Notes: a model not told the origin generated them from the letters alone. Counted from the stretch's first letter, positions 36,769 through 44,626 are shown. The stretch: 64,000 nt of DNA from Candidatus Daviesbacteria bacterium (GCA_016176335.1 JACOXI010000003.1:258477-322476); one strand, 5' to 3'. A program made the numbers and translations.

Positions 36769-38151
36769 ATGCAAGCATATATGGATCGCACATTAATTTT
36801 GGATTGTAAAGAGAAGGTTGGAAAAGAGGTGAAAATTTGTGGATGGGTTGTAACTGGCCGAGATCACGGAAAGCTCGTTTTTCTGGATGTCTTAGACAGA
36901 AGTGGAGTTATTCAAGTATTAGCATCTGGGGCTGACAAAAATGTTCCAGAGCTAAGACCCCAGGATGTAGTTTGTGTTACAGGAACTGTCAATAAAAGAC
37001 CACAAAATCTGGTTAATAAAAATATCCCTACGGGTGAAATAGAAATTTCAGCAGAAACTATTGAGGTTTTATCAAAAGCTCAAGAATTGCCTTTTGATAT
37101 GGGAGGTAAAGATTTGGATTTGCAGTTGCCAACTCTTTTAGATTTCCGATCCTTAACTTTACGTCACCCTAAGCTTAAGTCTATTTTCAAAGTTCAGGCA
37201 AGTCTGCTTGAGGGATTTAGGCAAGCAGCTTTAGATTTAGACTGTACAGAGATTGTAGTACCAACAATTGTGGCAGGAGCAACAGAAGGAGGGGCAGAAG
37301 TTTTTAAGATAGATTATTTCGGCCGTAAAGCCTACCTTTCCCAAAGTCCCCAGCTTTACAAACAAATGTTAGTGCCTGTATATGAGCGGGTCTTTACTAT
37401 TGCTAAGGCTTACCGTGCCGAACCCTCGGTTACCACCAGACATTTAACCGAAAGCACACAACTGGATATTGAAATTGGTTTTATAGAATTTGAAGACTTG
37501 CTGGATTTCCTGGAGGCAGTGGCGGTTAAAATGTTAACTGTTGCGGAGGAACAGTGCGGAGATATTTTATCTGAATTTGGTGTTGAAAAAATTGCTTTTG
37601 GCTCGCCTCGCTCCGCGGGCGGAGCGGGCAAAATTCCCAGACTGACCTTAAGAGAAGCTCAAGAAATAATCTTTAAAGAGTTTGGCAGAGATAATAGGAA
37701 TGAGAAAGATTTGACCCCGCAAGATGAGATAGATTTGTGTCAATGGTCGAAAGATAAACATCAATCGGATTTTGTCACCATCACTCATTTTCCAACTTCG
37801 GCAAAGCCATTTTACACCATGCCTAATCCAAAAAATCCAGAGTATAGTTTAAGTTATGACCTTCTTTTTAGAGGGGTAGAAATTTTAAGTGGTAGTCAGC
37901 GTATTAATGATTATCAGCAATTGCTCGATAGCATAAAAGGTCGGGGTATGAATCCTGATAATTTTCAGTTGTATCTTCAGGCTTTCCAGTATGGTATGCC
38001 CCCGGAGGGAGGATTTTCCTTCGGACTTGAGAGGGTTACGATGCATGTTCTAAATTTATCAAATATTAGGCAAGCCAGTCTTTTTCCAAGGGATATGGAA
38101 AGAGTTGATATCAGATTATCTCAAAACTCAAATCGCAAATCTCAAAACTAA
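36769..38151 (+). CDS. aspS: aspartyl-tRNA synthetase (archaeal/bacterial short type) with an in-frame 30-nt GC palindrome insertion
   Basis: OB-fold N-domain and class II motifs (FRAE…, …GGFSFGLERV…). A 10-aa GSPRSAGGAG insert is encoded by element copy 3. Confidence 0.9.
   Translation: MQAYMDRTLILDCKEKVGKEVKICGWVVTGRDHGKLVFLDVLDRSGVIQVLASGADKNVPELRPQDVVCVTGTVNKRPQNLVNKNIPTGEIEISAETIEVLSKAQELPFDMGGKDLDLQLPTLLDFRSLTLRHPKLKSIFKVQASLLEGFRQAALDLDCTEIVVPTIVAGATEGGAEVFKIDYFGRKAYLSQSPQLYKQMLVPVYERVFTIAKAYRAEPSVTTRHLTESTQLDIEIGFIEFEDLLDFLEAVAVKMLTVAEEQCGDILSEFGVEKIAFGSPRSAGGAGKIPRLTLREAQEIIFKEFGRDNRNEKDLTPQDEIDLCQWSKDKHQSDFVTITHFPTSAKPFYTMPNPKNPEYSLSYDLLFRGVEILSGSQRINDYQQLLDSIKGRGMNPDNFQLYLQAFQYGMPPEGGFSFGLERVTMHVLNLSNIRQASLFPRDMERVDIRLSQNSNRKSQN
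37600..37629. repeat. GC-rich palindromic mini-element (copy 3) in-frame in aspS
   Basis: GGCTCGCCTCGCTCCGCGGGCGGAGCGGGC has a near-perfect palindromic centre GCTCCGCGGGCGGAGC. It shares GGCTCGCCTCGC…GCGGGC with copies 1 and 2 and is flanked by AAAATT on both sides. Confidence 0.55.
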
Positions 38152-38280
38152 AACTTTAAATCTTAAAACTTTTTAAAGATTTTACCTTTAAGATGTAGAT
38201 TTGACCCATTCGGCTTCGTTCAGGGTCATCCTGAGCATTGTCGAAGGATGACATCTAAGATATAAGATTTGAGATTGTTA
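38119..38280. repeat. composite element: heptamer tandem-repeat arrays in inverted orientation flanking a GC-rich palindromic core (38203–38255)
   Basis: Left: TCTCAAA ACTCAAA TCGCAAA TCTCAAA ACTAAAA CTTTAAA TCTTAAA, encoding the aspS C-terminus …SQNSNRKSQN*. Core: GACCCATTCGGCTTCGTTCAGGGTCATCCTGAGCATTGTCGAAGGATGACATC. Right: CTAAGATATAAGATTTGAGATTG, the reverse complement of CAATCTCAAATCTTATATCTTAG. Confidence 0.5.
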
Positions 38281-39204
38281 ATAATGAAATATTATTTTTA
38301 TTCTGCTGGTTTAATTATACTGGCTATTATTTTTGCAACTACTTTACCAATTCTTACCGAGCAAAGTGAAAACACCCTACTTAGTCTACAAATTCCACAG
38401 AATAACTCCGCAGTTGCCGGTATTCAAAAGTACAATATCCCCCCTGTTAGCAAAAATATCCTCCCTCCGGAAATTTCCGCCCGATCTGTTTTAGTGAAAG
38501 ATCTGGGAACAGGAACTATCCTTTATCAAAAGGATGCAAATCTGCCGGTACCTATCGCATCAACCACTAAGATTGCAACAGCCTTGGTTGCCAGCGAATA
38601 TTTTAATCCCAACTCAATTTTAACAGTAAATCTGGGAGCAGAAATAAGCGGTGCAAAAGTAGGTCTTTTAAAGGGGGAAAACTTAAGTTTTAGGTCTCTT
38701 CTTTACGGGATGTTACTTAATTCCGGAAATGATGCGGCTTTCGCAATTGCGGAAAACTACCCCGGCGGAGTATTAGGTTTTGTTTCGGCAATGAACAAAA
38801 AATCAAATGAATTAGGGTTGAAAAGCACACATTTTGAAAATCCTGCCGGGTTTGATGGTCCCAATCATTTCTCATCTGCCTTGGATCTTTCTAAACTGAC
38901 AGAGGAGGCTTTGAAAAATTACCAGTTGGCAAGGATTTTTGCCACCAAAGACACCAGTATTGTATCCTTGGATAAAAAATATGAGCACCAACTCCATAAT
39001 TTAAATAAGCTTTTGGCTGATGTTAAGGGAGTGCTTGGTGTCAAAACCGGTTATACGCAAGCAGCAAAAGAAAATTTAGTCACTTTGGTTGATAGGGATG
39101 GTCACAAAATACTGGTTGTTGTTTTGGGTAGTGATGATAGGTTTGGGGAATCAACTAATTTGATTGAGTGGACTTATGATAACTTCATATGGCCCCAATT
39201 TTAA
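38269..39204 (+). CDS. D-alanyl-D-alanine carboxypeptidase (peptidase S11, PBP5-like)
   Basis: SxxK ASTTKIAT, SxN LNSGNDAA and KTG motif VKTGYT. N-terminal signal/TM. Confidence 0.8.
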   Translation: MRLLIMKYYFYSAGLIILAIIFATTLPILTEQSENTLLSLQIPQNNSAVAGIQKYNIPPVSKNILPPEISARSVLVKDLGTGTILYQKDANLPVPIASTTKIATALVASEYFNPNSILTVNLGAEISGAKVGLLKGENLSFRSLLYGMLLNSGNDAAFAIAENYPGGVLGFVSAMNKKSNELGLKSTHFENPAGFDGPNHFSSALDLSKLTEEALKNYQLARIFATKDTSIVSLDKKYEHQLHNLNKLLADVKGVLGVKTGYTQAAKENLVTLVDRDGHKILVVVLGSDDRFGESTNLIEWTYDNFIWPQF

Positions 39205-40244
39205 GGATTTAAATACTCCGAACTGACGGCAGGAACGTACGCCACAAAATTGGGTCCCTCAAAAACAAAAATCGGTTGCAAATACGGCGAGTAGTTTTGA
39301 GAAAGGTAATATCCAAGATAAACAGAAGTGATGGATACTTGGGGTTTATCAGGTTCCAAAACTACAACTCCTCCCCCTCCTTTTAAATCCTCAAAAGCTT
39401 GTTCGGCAGATTTGGTAAGATACGTTGCAAATGTGGTATTATCCAATACATAATAAGTAAAGTTTGCTGAAAGGTAATTTCCCAAATTGGCAGCCGAACC
39501 TAAAACAGTTGCCTTAACCAAAGCCTCGTTAAAATTGGGGGTAAAAATAGATTTTCCATCGATTGCTTTTGGCCAAATTGACACTTGGGCTGCAATAGCT
39601 TCGGATCTTAAAGTAGTGGAGATAAGTTTTTCACCATCCTTTTTTAAGAGAGTAATTTTAGTGCGACCTTCTCTTAAATCCCCGTTTAGATAACCTAGGG
39701 ATTCTAGAAATCTTTCAAAGTCGGAAAGAAGTTTGTTATCATCATCCAAGTTTTCAGCCCCCGAAATAGTTGCCTCCTTGGTGTAGGAAAAATTACCGGT
39801 ATCCAAATCAACAAGTAAGCTTTTACCATTTTCTTTAAATTTATATTGAGTTTCACTTAAGATTTGTGGGGAGGTAAGTATTGCAAACTTTTTTGCCAAG
39901 TCCTCGCTTCTTTCGGGCGATAAAAGTGTGGCAAAAGACTTCACAATAAAATATACTTTAATAATTTTTTCAAAGCCGGTATCTTGTCCAACCTTCGGTA
40001 ATCCTCCTGTTTTAGTATCCAAAGAATAAGAAAAATTGGAGGAAGATACGGCGGCAGTTGGAAAATCAGGGTAGGGTAGAAAGCCAAATTTTGTATCGGG
40101 TTTTTCTTCAACCCGGGGGATAGTTGACAGATAATAAGCATACCAAATCTTATAACCTATAAAACCCAAAATACCCAAAATTAGCGCTACTGCTGTCAAA
40201 ACAATAATTTGTCTACTTAAAATTGCAGTTTGAGTTAGAGTCAT
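39201..40244 (-). CDS. hypothetical N-terminally anchored extracytoplasmic protein
   Basis: N-terminal TM helix (IIVLTAVALILGILGFIGY) and a 300-aa beta-rich domain. No motif assignable. Confidence 0.4.
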   Translation of the reverse strand: MTLTQTAILSRQIIVLTAVALILGILGFIGYKIWYAYYLSTIPRVEEKPDTKFGFLPYPDFPTAAVSSSNFSYSLDTKTGGLPKVGQDTGFEKIIKVYFIVKSFATLLSPERSEDLAKKFAILTSPQILSETQYKFKENGKSLLVDLDTGNFSYTKEATISGAENLDDDNKLLSDFERFLESLGYLNGDLREGRTKITLLKKDGEKLISTTLRSEAIAAQVSIWPKAIDGKSIFTPNFNEALVKATVLGSAANLGNYLSANFTYYVLDNTTFATYLTKSAEQAFEDLKGGGGVVVLEPDKPQVSITSVYLGYYLSQNYSPYLQPIFVFEGPNFVAYVPAVSSEYLNP

Positions 40245-40301
40245 AGTTTTTGTTGCGAGCCTCTACTGTTATTATACAGGATCGAAAGGTATAATATGTT
40301 T

Positions 40302-41627
40302 ATGAACGTGAGAGTCAGGATTGCCCCATCCCCAACAGGATCACCACATATCGGGACTGTTTGGCAAGCCCTTTTTGATTTTGTTTTTGCCAAAAAAAAA
40401 CATGGCAAATTTATTTTGCGGATTGAAGATACAGACAGGGCAAGATATGTTGCCGAAAGCGAACAGGAAATTGTCGAAACATTTAAATGGTTAGGTTTTG
40501 AGTTTGATGAAGGTCCCAATATTGGGGGGGATTTTGGTCCGTATAGACAATCGGAAAGGCTTGAGATATACGAAAAGTTTGCCAGGGAGTTGGTGAAAAA
40601 GGGTACGGCTTTTGCAGATGAAGGAGCAGTCAGATTTAAGACAAAAAAGACAGGAGTAACCTCTTGGCACGATTTGGTGGGAAGTAAGCTGATAACTTTT
40701 GAAAATTCCACACAGGATGATTTTGTGATTTTAAAATCAGACGGATATCCCACATATAACTTTGCCAATGTTGTGGATGACCATTTAATGGAGATAACCC
40801 ATGTGATCAGAGGGAATGAATTTATCTCATCTACCCCAAAGCATTTGATGATATATGAATCCTTTGGTTGGCAGCCTCCTCAATTTGCCCATCTGCCGGT
40901 TTTGGTTGGGGCCGATCGGAGTAAATTATCTAAAAGACACGGGGCAAAATCCGCACTGGAGTTTAAAAAAGAAGGATACTTGAAAGAGGCGATCCTAAAT
41001 TTTCTGGCTCTTTTAGGGTGGACACACCCGGAAGGCAGGGAAATTTTCACTATAGATGAGATGATAGGTCTTTTTAATTTTAAAGATTTTAACTTGGCAT
41101 CGGCTTTTTTTGATACTACAAAGCTTGACTGGTTGAATGGGGAATATATTAGGAAATCTCAAAACTCAAAACTCAAAAGTCAAATTTTGGAATATTTAAA
41201 AGATATCTCAGGTGGGGCAATCGAGCATCCCACAGAGCAGGAAGTTGAGAAAGTAATACCGCTTATTAAAGAGCGGATTAAGAAATTATCAGATTTTATT
41301 CCTCTGACAGATTTTCTTTGGGAAAAGGCTGAATATGATTTACAAATATTTCAAAAATTAAATATTAAAGATCAAAAAGAAATTCTAACCAAAATTATAG
41401 AAGAGCTGAAAAACATGGAAAGACCTTGGAAGGCAGATATTTTTGAGGCAACCTTTAGGAAACTGGCAGAGGATTTGGGATTATCAGCTGCACAAGTTTT
41501 TCAACTAATCAGAGTGGCAGTGTCAGGCCAATTAGTTACTCCGCCTCTTTTTGAAAGCATCCAGATATTGGGAGAAAATGAGACTGTCAAAAGAGTTAAT
41601 GAAGTTGCAAACATTATAGGTTCGTGA
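40302..41627 (+). CDS. gltX: glutamyl-tRNA synthetase
   Basis: MNVRVRIAPSPTGSPHIGTVWQALFD (HIGH motif) and KLSKR (KMSKS motif). Contains an in-frame heptamer-repeat tract at 41157–41186 encoding …RKSQNSKLKSQI…. Confidence 0.9.
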   Translation: MNVRVRIAPSPTGSPHIGTVWQALFDFVFAKKKHGKFILRIEDTDRARYVAESEQEIVETFKWLGFEFDEGPNIGGDFGPYRQSERLEIYEKFARELVKKGTAFADEGAVRFKTKKTGVTSWHDLVGSKLITFENSTQDDFVILKSDGYPTYNFANVVDDHLMEITHVIRGNEFISSTPKHLMIYESFGWQPPQFAHLPVLVGADRSKLSKRHGAKSALEFKKEGYLKEAILNFLALLGWTHPEGREIFTIDEMIGLFNFKDFNLASAFFDTTKLDWLNGEYIRKSQNSKLKSQILEYLKDISGGAIEHPTEQEVEKVIPLIKERIKKLSDFIPLTDFLWEKAEYDLQIFQKLNIKDQKEILTKIIEELKNMERPWKADIFEATFRKLAEDLGLSAAQVFQLIRVAVSGQLVTPPLFESIQILGENETVKRVNEVANIIGS

Positions 41628-41640
41628 TAATATCGCCACC

Positions 41641-41985
41641 ATGGAGGATCCCAGGTGGCTGCGACTAATAACTATCGGGTTGGTTTTGGCAGCCTTGGCT
41701 GTTGGTTATTTTCTTTTAACAGGCAGGTTATCTCCAAATAGCACAACCAGGACACAAACTCAAGTGAATAAGGCAGTTGAATCCCCAACTCCTAATGCAG
41801 TTCCCGGCGTTACTCCGCCATCTTCTCCCACCCCTACCCCTGCTTCTGCCTATTCCAGAATAGTTGAGCGTACTCAAGATGGAGTAAAGAGTTTGCCTAA
41901 GACTGGTTTTCCGCAGGCTTTGTTAACAGTTATTTCAATTGGGGTAATGATCTCCGGTTTGGGTCTTCGTAAGTTTCCGTATTAA
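41641..41985 (+). CDS. small LPXTG cell-wall-anchor protein
   Basis: N-terminal TM/signal, Pro/Thr/Ser-rich stalk, then the LPKTG sorting motif, hydrophobic segment and basic tail (…SLPKTGFPQALLTVISIGVMISGLGLRKFPY*). Confidence 0.55.
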   Translation: MEDPRWLRLITIGLVLAALAVGYFLLTGRLSPNSTTRTQTQVNKAVESPTPNAVPGVTPPSSPTPTPASAYSRIVERTQDGVKSLPKTGFPQALLTVISIGVMISGLGLRKFPY

Positions 41986-41988
41986 TTC

Positions 41989-42546
41989 TTAATCTGTTTT
42001 TCCGCTTAGGAGAGCATCAATTATATCGTGAGGTAGCGCCGCCGCATTTAGCAGAGCTTTTCTGACTAAACTGCCTGCTTCTGATCCAATTTCATCAGCT
42101 GCTTTAAGAATTCCCATGACAGCACTTTTTGCCAGTTCCCCTGAATCTGCCCCAATATCACCGGCTGCTTGAATAGCTCCCTCAACAGAAGAGATAGCTA
42201 CTCCCCCAATATCTCCACCGACCTTGGAGGTGGTTTTTACAGCTTGTGATGCAGCCTCACCTGCTGCTTCGGTTGCGTTTACTCCAGTATCTTTTGCTCC
42301 ATCCACCACACCTCTGACTAAACCTGTGACTCCATCTGTTAAGGAGGCCCCTGTTCCGGATATAGTTTCCAAACCTTCACCTACAACCTGGTCAATTGTT
42401 TGAAGGCCGGTGCTTGCCACATCTCCTGCTCCAGAAATAAGCTTGACAACGTTTTCCCGAGCTACATTTTGTACAGTTGAGGCCACATCACCTGCACCGG
42501 AGACAACTGAAGAAAGAGCATTTTTAAAATCGTCGGTTACAGACAT
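41989..42546 (-). CDS. hypothetical Ala/Gly/Val/Asp-rich repetitive protein
   Basis: 185 aa of low complexity with internal repeats (…ISGAGDVAST… twice; GxxAxxAxxD periodicity). Family not assignable. Confidence 0.4.
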   Translation of the reverse strand: MSVTDDFKNALSSVVSGAGDVASTVQNVARENVVKLISGAGDVASTGLQTIDQVVGEGLETISGTGASLTDGVTGLVRGVVDGAKDTGVNATEAAGEAASQAVKTTSKVGGDIGGVAISSVEGAIQAAGDIGADSGELAKSAVMGILKAADEIGSEAGSLVRKALLNAAALPHDIIDALLSGKTD

Positions 42547-42633
42547 TAAATTTAGAGTAACATTAGTAATTTATTTAGTCAATACCCCGTATTAGCTATG
42601 GGTATTATAAATTGATATAATCATCCCGCATAT

Positions 42634-42704
42634 TGCGGGATGGTGAAATGGTATCACAACTGGCTCTGAACCAGTTATTCTAGGTTCAAATCCTAGTCCC
42701 GCAG
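42634..42704 (+). tRNA. tRNA-Gln (anticodon CTG)
   Basis: Hand-folded: acceptor TGCGGGA/TCCCGCA (U1:A72, typical of bacterial tRNA-Gln), D-stem GTGA/TCAC, anticodon stem ACTGG/CCAGT with loop CT-CTG-AA, T-arm CTAGG-TTCAAAT-CCTAG, discriminator G. A -10 TATAAT lies 7 nt upstream. Confidence 0.8.
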
Positions 42705-42815
42705 CCCTTCGACTTCGTCCCAATAAATTGGGACTTCGCTCAGGGCTATAGCCTTTTACTTTCATAAAGTAGAAGTCGAAGGCCCTGAGTGAGCGTAGCG
42801 AATCGAAGGGCTATA
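42705..42815. repeat. GC-rich long imperfect palindrome immediately 3' of tRNA-Gln (intergenic GC-repeat family)
   Basis: GCCCTTCGACTTCG…CGCTCAGGGC…GCCCTGAGTGAGCGTAGCGAATCGAAGGGC has arms pairing over about 30 nt. It shares the words CTCAGGG, GTCGAAGG, CCTGAG and GAGCGTAG with the elements at 38203–38255 and 63849–63915. Confidence 0.5.
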
Positions 42816-42823
42816 ATAATATC

Positions 42824-43096
42824 ATGCCCTATGTAGTTTATATTCTTAGAACCTCTTCCAGCACTCTCTATATTGGTCAAACTAATAACCTGGAAAAAAG
42901 ATTAAAAGAACATCAAAGCAAATCCTCAAGATCAGCCAAATATATAAAATACTTTCAGTCTTCTACCTTAGTATATTCAGAAACATACAATTCTAGAACT
43001 GAAGCCATTACAAGAGAATGGCAGTTAAAAAGATGGACAAAAGCAAAAAAAGAAGCGTTGATCAAAGGCGATACAAACTTATTGAAAAAGTTATAA
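42824..43096 (+). CDS. small stand-alone GIY-YIG nuclease (YhbQ/UPF0213-like)
   Basis: MPYVVYILRTSSSTLYIGQTNNLEKRLKEH…YSE.Y.SRTEAITREWQLKRWTKAKK is the GIY-YIG core (YV.YIL…LYIG.T.NL..RL.EH, R…E…K). 90 aa. Confidence 0.7.
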   Translation: MPYVVYILRTSSSTLYIGQTNNLEKRLKEHQSKSSRSAKYIKYFQSSTLVYSETYNSRTEAITREWQLKRWTKAKKEALIKGDTNLLKKL

Positions 43097-43144
43097 AATA
43101 CAGCCAAGACGGGCATCCTAAACAATCGAGGTGTCTTTAATGCT

Positions 43145-44626
43145 ATGCCAAAAATAAAATCATCGGAGCAACAACTATCGCGAGAATCATTAAATGAGTT
43201 AAAACTCCTGATTGAAAAAAAAGGATGGAGTCTCGTACCAATCCATCTCGAGGATGATTTTGGGGCTGACGGGCAAGTAGAACTTTTTGTCCGAAAGAAA
43301 AAAGATTACGAATATAGTCCTTATTCTTTCAAGTTTCAGTTGAAATCGACAACTTCTGGTAAAAATACAGAAGATTTTAGTCTTATTGATTTGAAGACAT
43401 GGTGTCATAGTCCCATTCCTTTCTTTCTGTTTTTTTGGAATAAAGCTGAAAATAAATTTTACTGGATAAACCTACATGAATTTTGTAACAATTTAGAATT
43501 AACCAGCCCAGAAAAATTCGAGCAGACTTATTTAAAAATTAACTTTGAGAACGAGCTAAACGTGGATAGTTTTAACCTTATTGAGATGAACACAAGAAAC
43601 CTTTGCAAAATGGCGGCGAGGGCAATTAATGATAACGTAGGTAAACAAGTTGCCGTTGGGGATCTTGCTAAACAGGGAGAACCAATCATAGCTCTCGGCT
43701 ATTCTTTTAAAAAAGCTGATCTTTCAAAAATGGATATGAGGAAGGCAATTATGATGGGTATTGATTTTAATAATGCTGATCTTTCTCATGCAGATATGAG
43801 ATCAGGTGCATTTATGGGAGCAAATTTTAAAGGCGCTAATTTAGATGGAGCAGATCTTCGAAGTTGTAGTTTTATGGGCGCGTTTCTTGAAAAAGCTAAA
43901 TTAAGAACAGTAAAACTGCAGGGAGCGGCTTTTATGGGAGCGTTTGTGGAGGGAGCAGATTTTTCAGGAGCTGAATGGGATGATATTTCCCTATGGTCAA
44001 TAAGCAAATCCTATGATTTCGAAAAGGCCATATTTGATGAAGGTATTTTAGGTAAAATTGTTAAACTGGGCAAAATAAACAATCTTGCTGTTAATAATTT
44101 ATCTGTTGTAAATAATAAACAAGATATTTCTGTTATAGACAAATGGATTGCAGTTAAAACTGAAAACGAACAGGGCGCTGATTATCGGTCGGTTCCGCTT
44201 GAGGGTAAACCGTTAAATAAAATTACCTTTAGGATTAAACCCATGTCGCCTTTTTGGAGAGCAGGTTTGAAAATTGTTGATCCCAACGGCTCATTCCTAC
44301 CATTAAGAAGCGTGAATAGTATTCTTTTCCATTTGGGATCTACAGTAACTAATAATTTTTTCGGTATTACCGCGTATGTAAATGGTGAATTAGTAGGAGC
44401 TGTTAATAAATCCTTGAAATATGACCCCCTTCAATCAATAATAATTAGTTTCGAGGTTAACCAAAATAACTTCGTTAAGTTTTTTGTGAATGGATCTGTC
44501 GAATTTGAACCGAACGAGAGAATAAACCCTCGTCTATTAAAAAAGGCTTGTCTAGTTGCATGGGGTGATATTAATGACTACAAGGTTGGATTTGATGAGA
44601 TAAAATTTTTACCGAGAGCGGCATAG
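43145..44626 (+). CDS. three-domain protein: DUF4365-like PD-(D/E)xK nuclease N-domain, pentapeptide-repeat tract, C-terminal beta-sandwich domain
   Basis: The N-domain (…WSLVPIHLEDDFGADGQVELFV…FKFQLKSTTSGK…WCHSPIPFFLFFWNKAENKFYWINL) fits the D…E.K / 'QVKST' pattern of DUF4365 restriction-endonuclease-fold domains. Residues 190–280 form about 18 tandem pentapeptides (ADLSKMDMRKAIMMGIDFNNADLSHADMRSGAFMGANFKGANLDGADLRSCSFMGAFLEKAKL…). The C-terminal 200 aa is beta-rich (…FRIKPMSPFWRAGLKIVDPNGSF…GITAYVNGELVGAVN…FFVNGSVEFEPNE…). Confidence 0.6.
   Translation: MPKIKSSEQQLSRESLNELKLLIEKKGWSLVPIHLEDDFGADGQVELFVRKKKDYEYSPYSFKFQLKSTTSGKNTEDFSLIDLKTWCHSPIPFFLFFWNKAENKFYWINLHEFCNNLELTSPEKFEQTYLKINFENELNVDSFNLIEMNTRNLCKMAARAINDNVGKQVAVGDLAKQGEPIIALGYSFKKADLSKMDMRKAIMMGIDFNNADLSHADMRSGAFMGANFKGANLDGADLRSCSFMGAFLEKAKLRTVKLQGAAFMGAFVEGADFSGAEWDDISLWSISKSYDFEKAIFDEGILGKIVKLGKINNLAVNNLSVVNNKQDISVIDKWIAVKTENEQGADYRSVPLEGKPLNKITFRIKPMSPFWRAGLKIVDPNGSFLPLRSVNSILFHLGSTVTNNFFGITAYVNGELVGAVNKSLKYDPLQSIIISFEVNQNNFVKFFVNGSVEFEPNERINPRLLKKACLVAWGDINDYKVGFDEIKFLPRAA

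Noticed and set aside
40241-40768. 175-aa minus-strand ORF
   Set aside because: It is antisense to the well-supported gltX gene, has low-complexity Ser/Leu-rich composition and no RBS.
42705-42815. Possibility that the element after tRNA-Gln is a second tRNA or a group I intron
   Set aside because: No cloverleaf with a sensible anticodon could be folded and there are no P7/P3 intron signatures. It is better explained as a long imperfect palindrome of the GC-repeat family.
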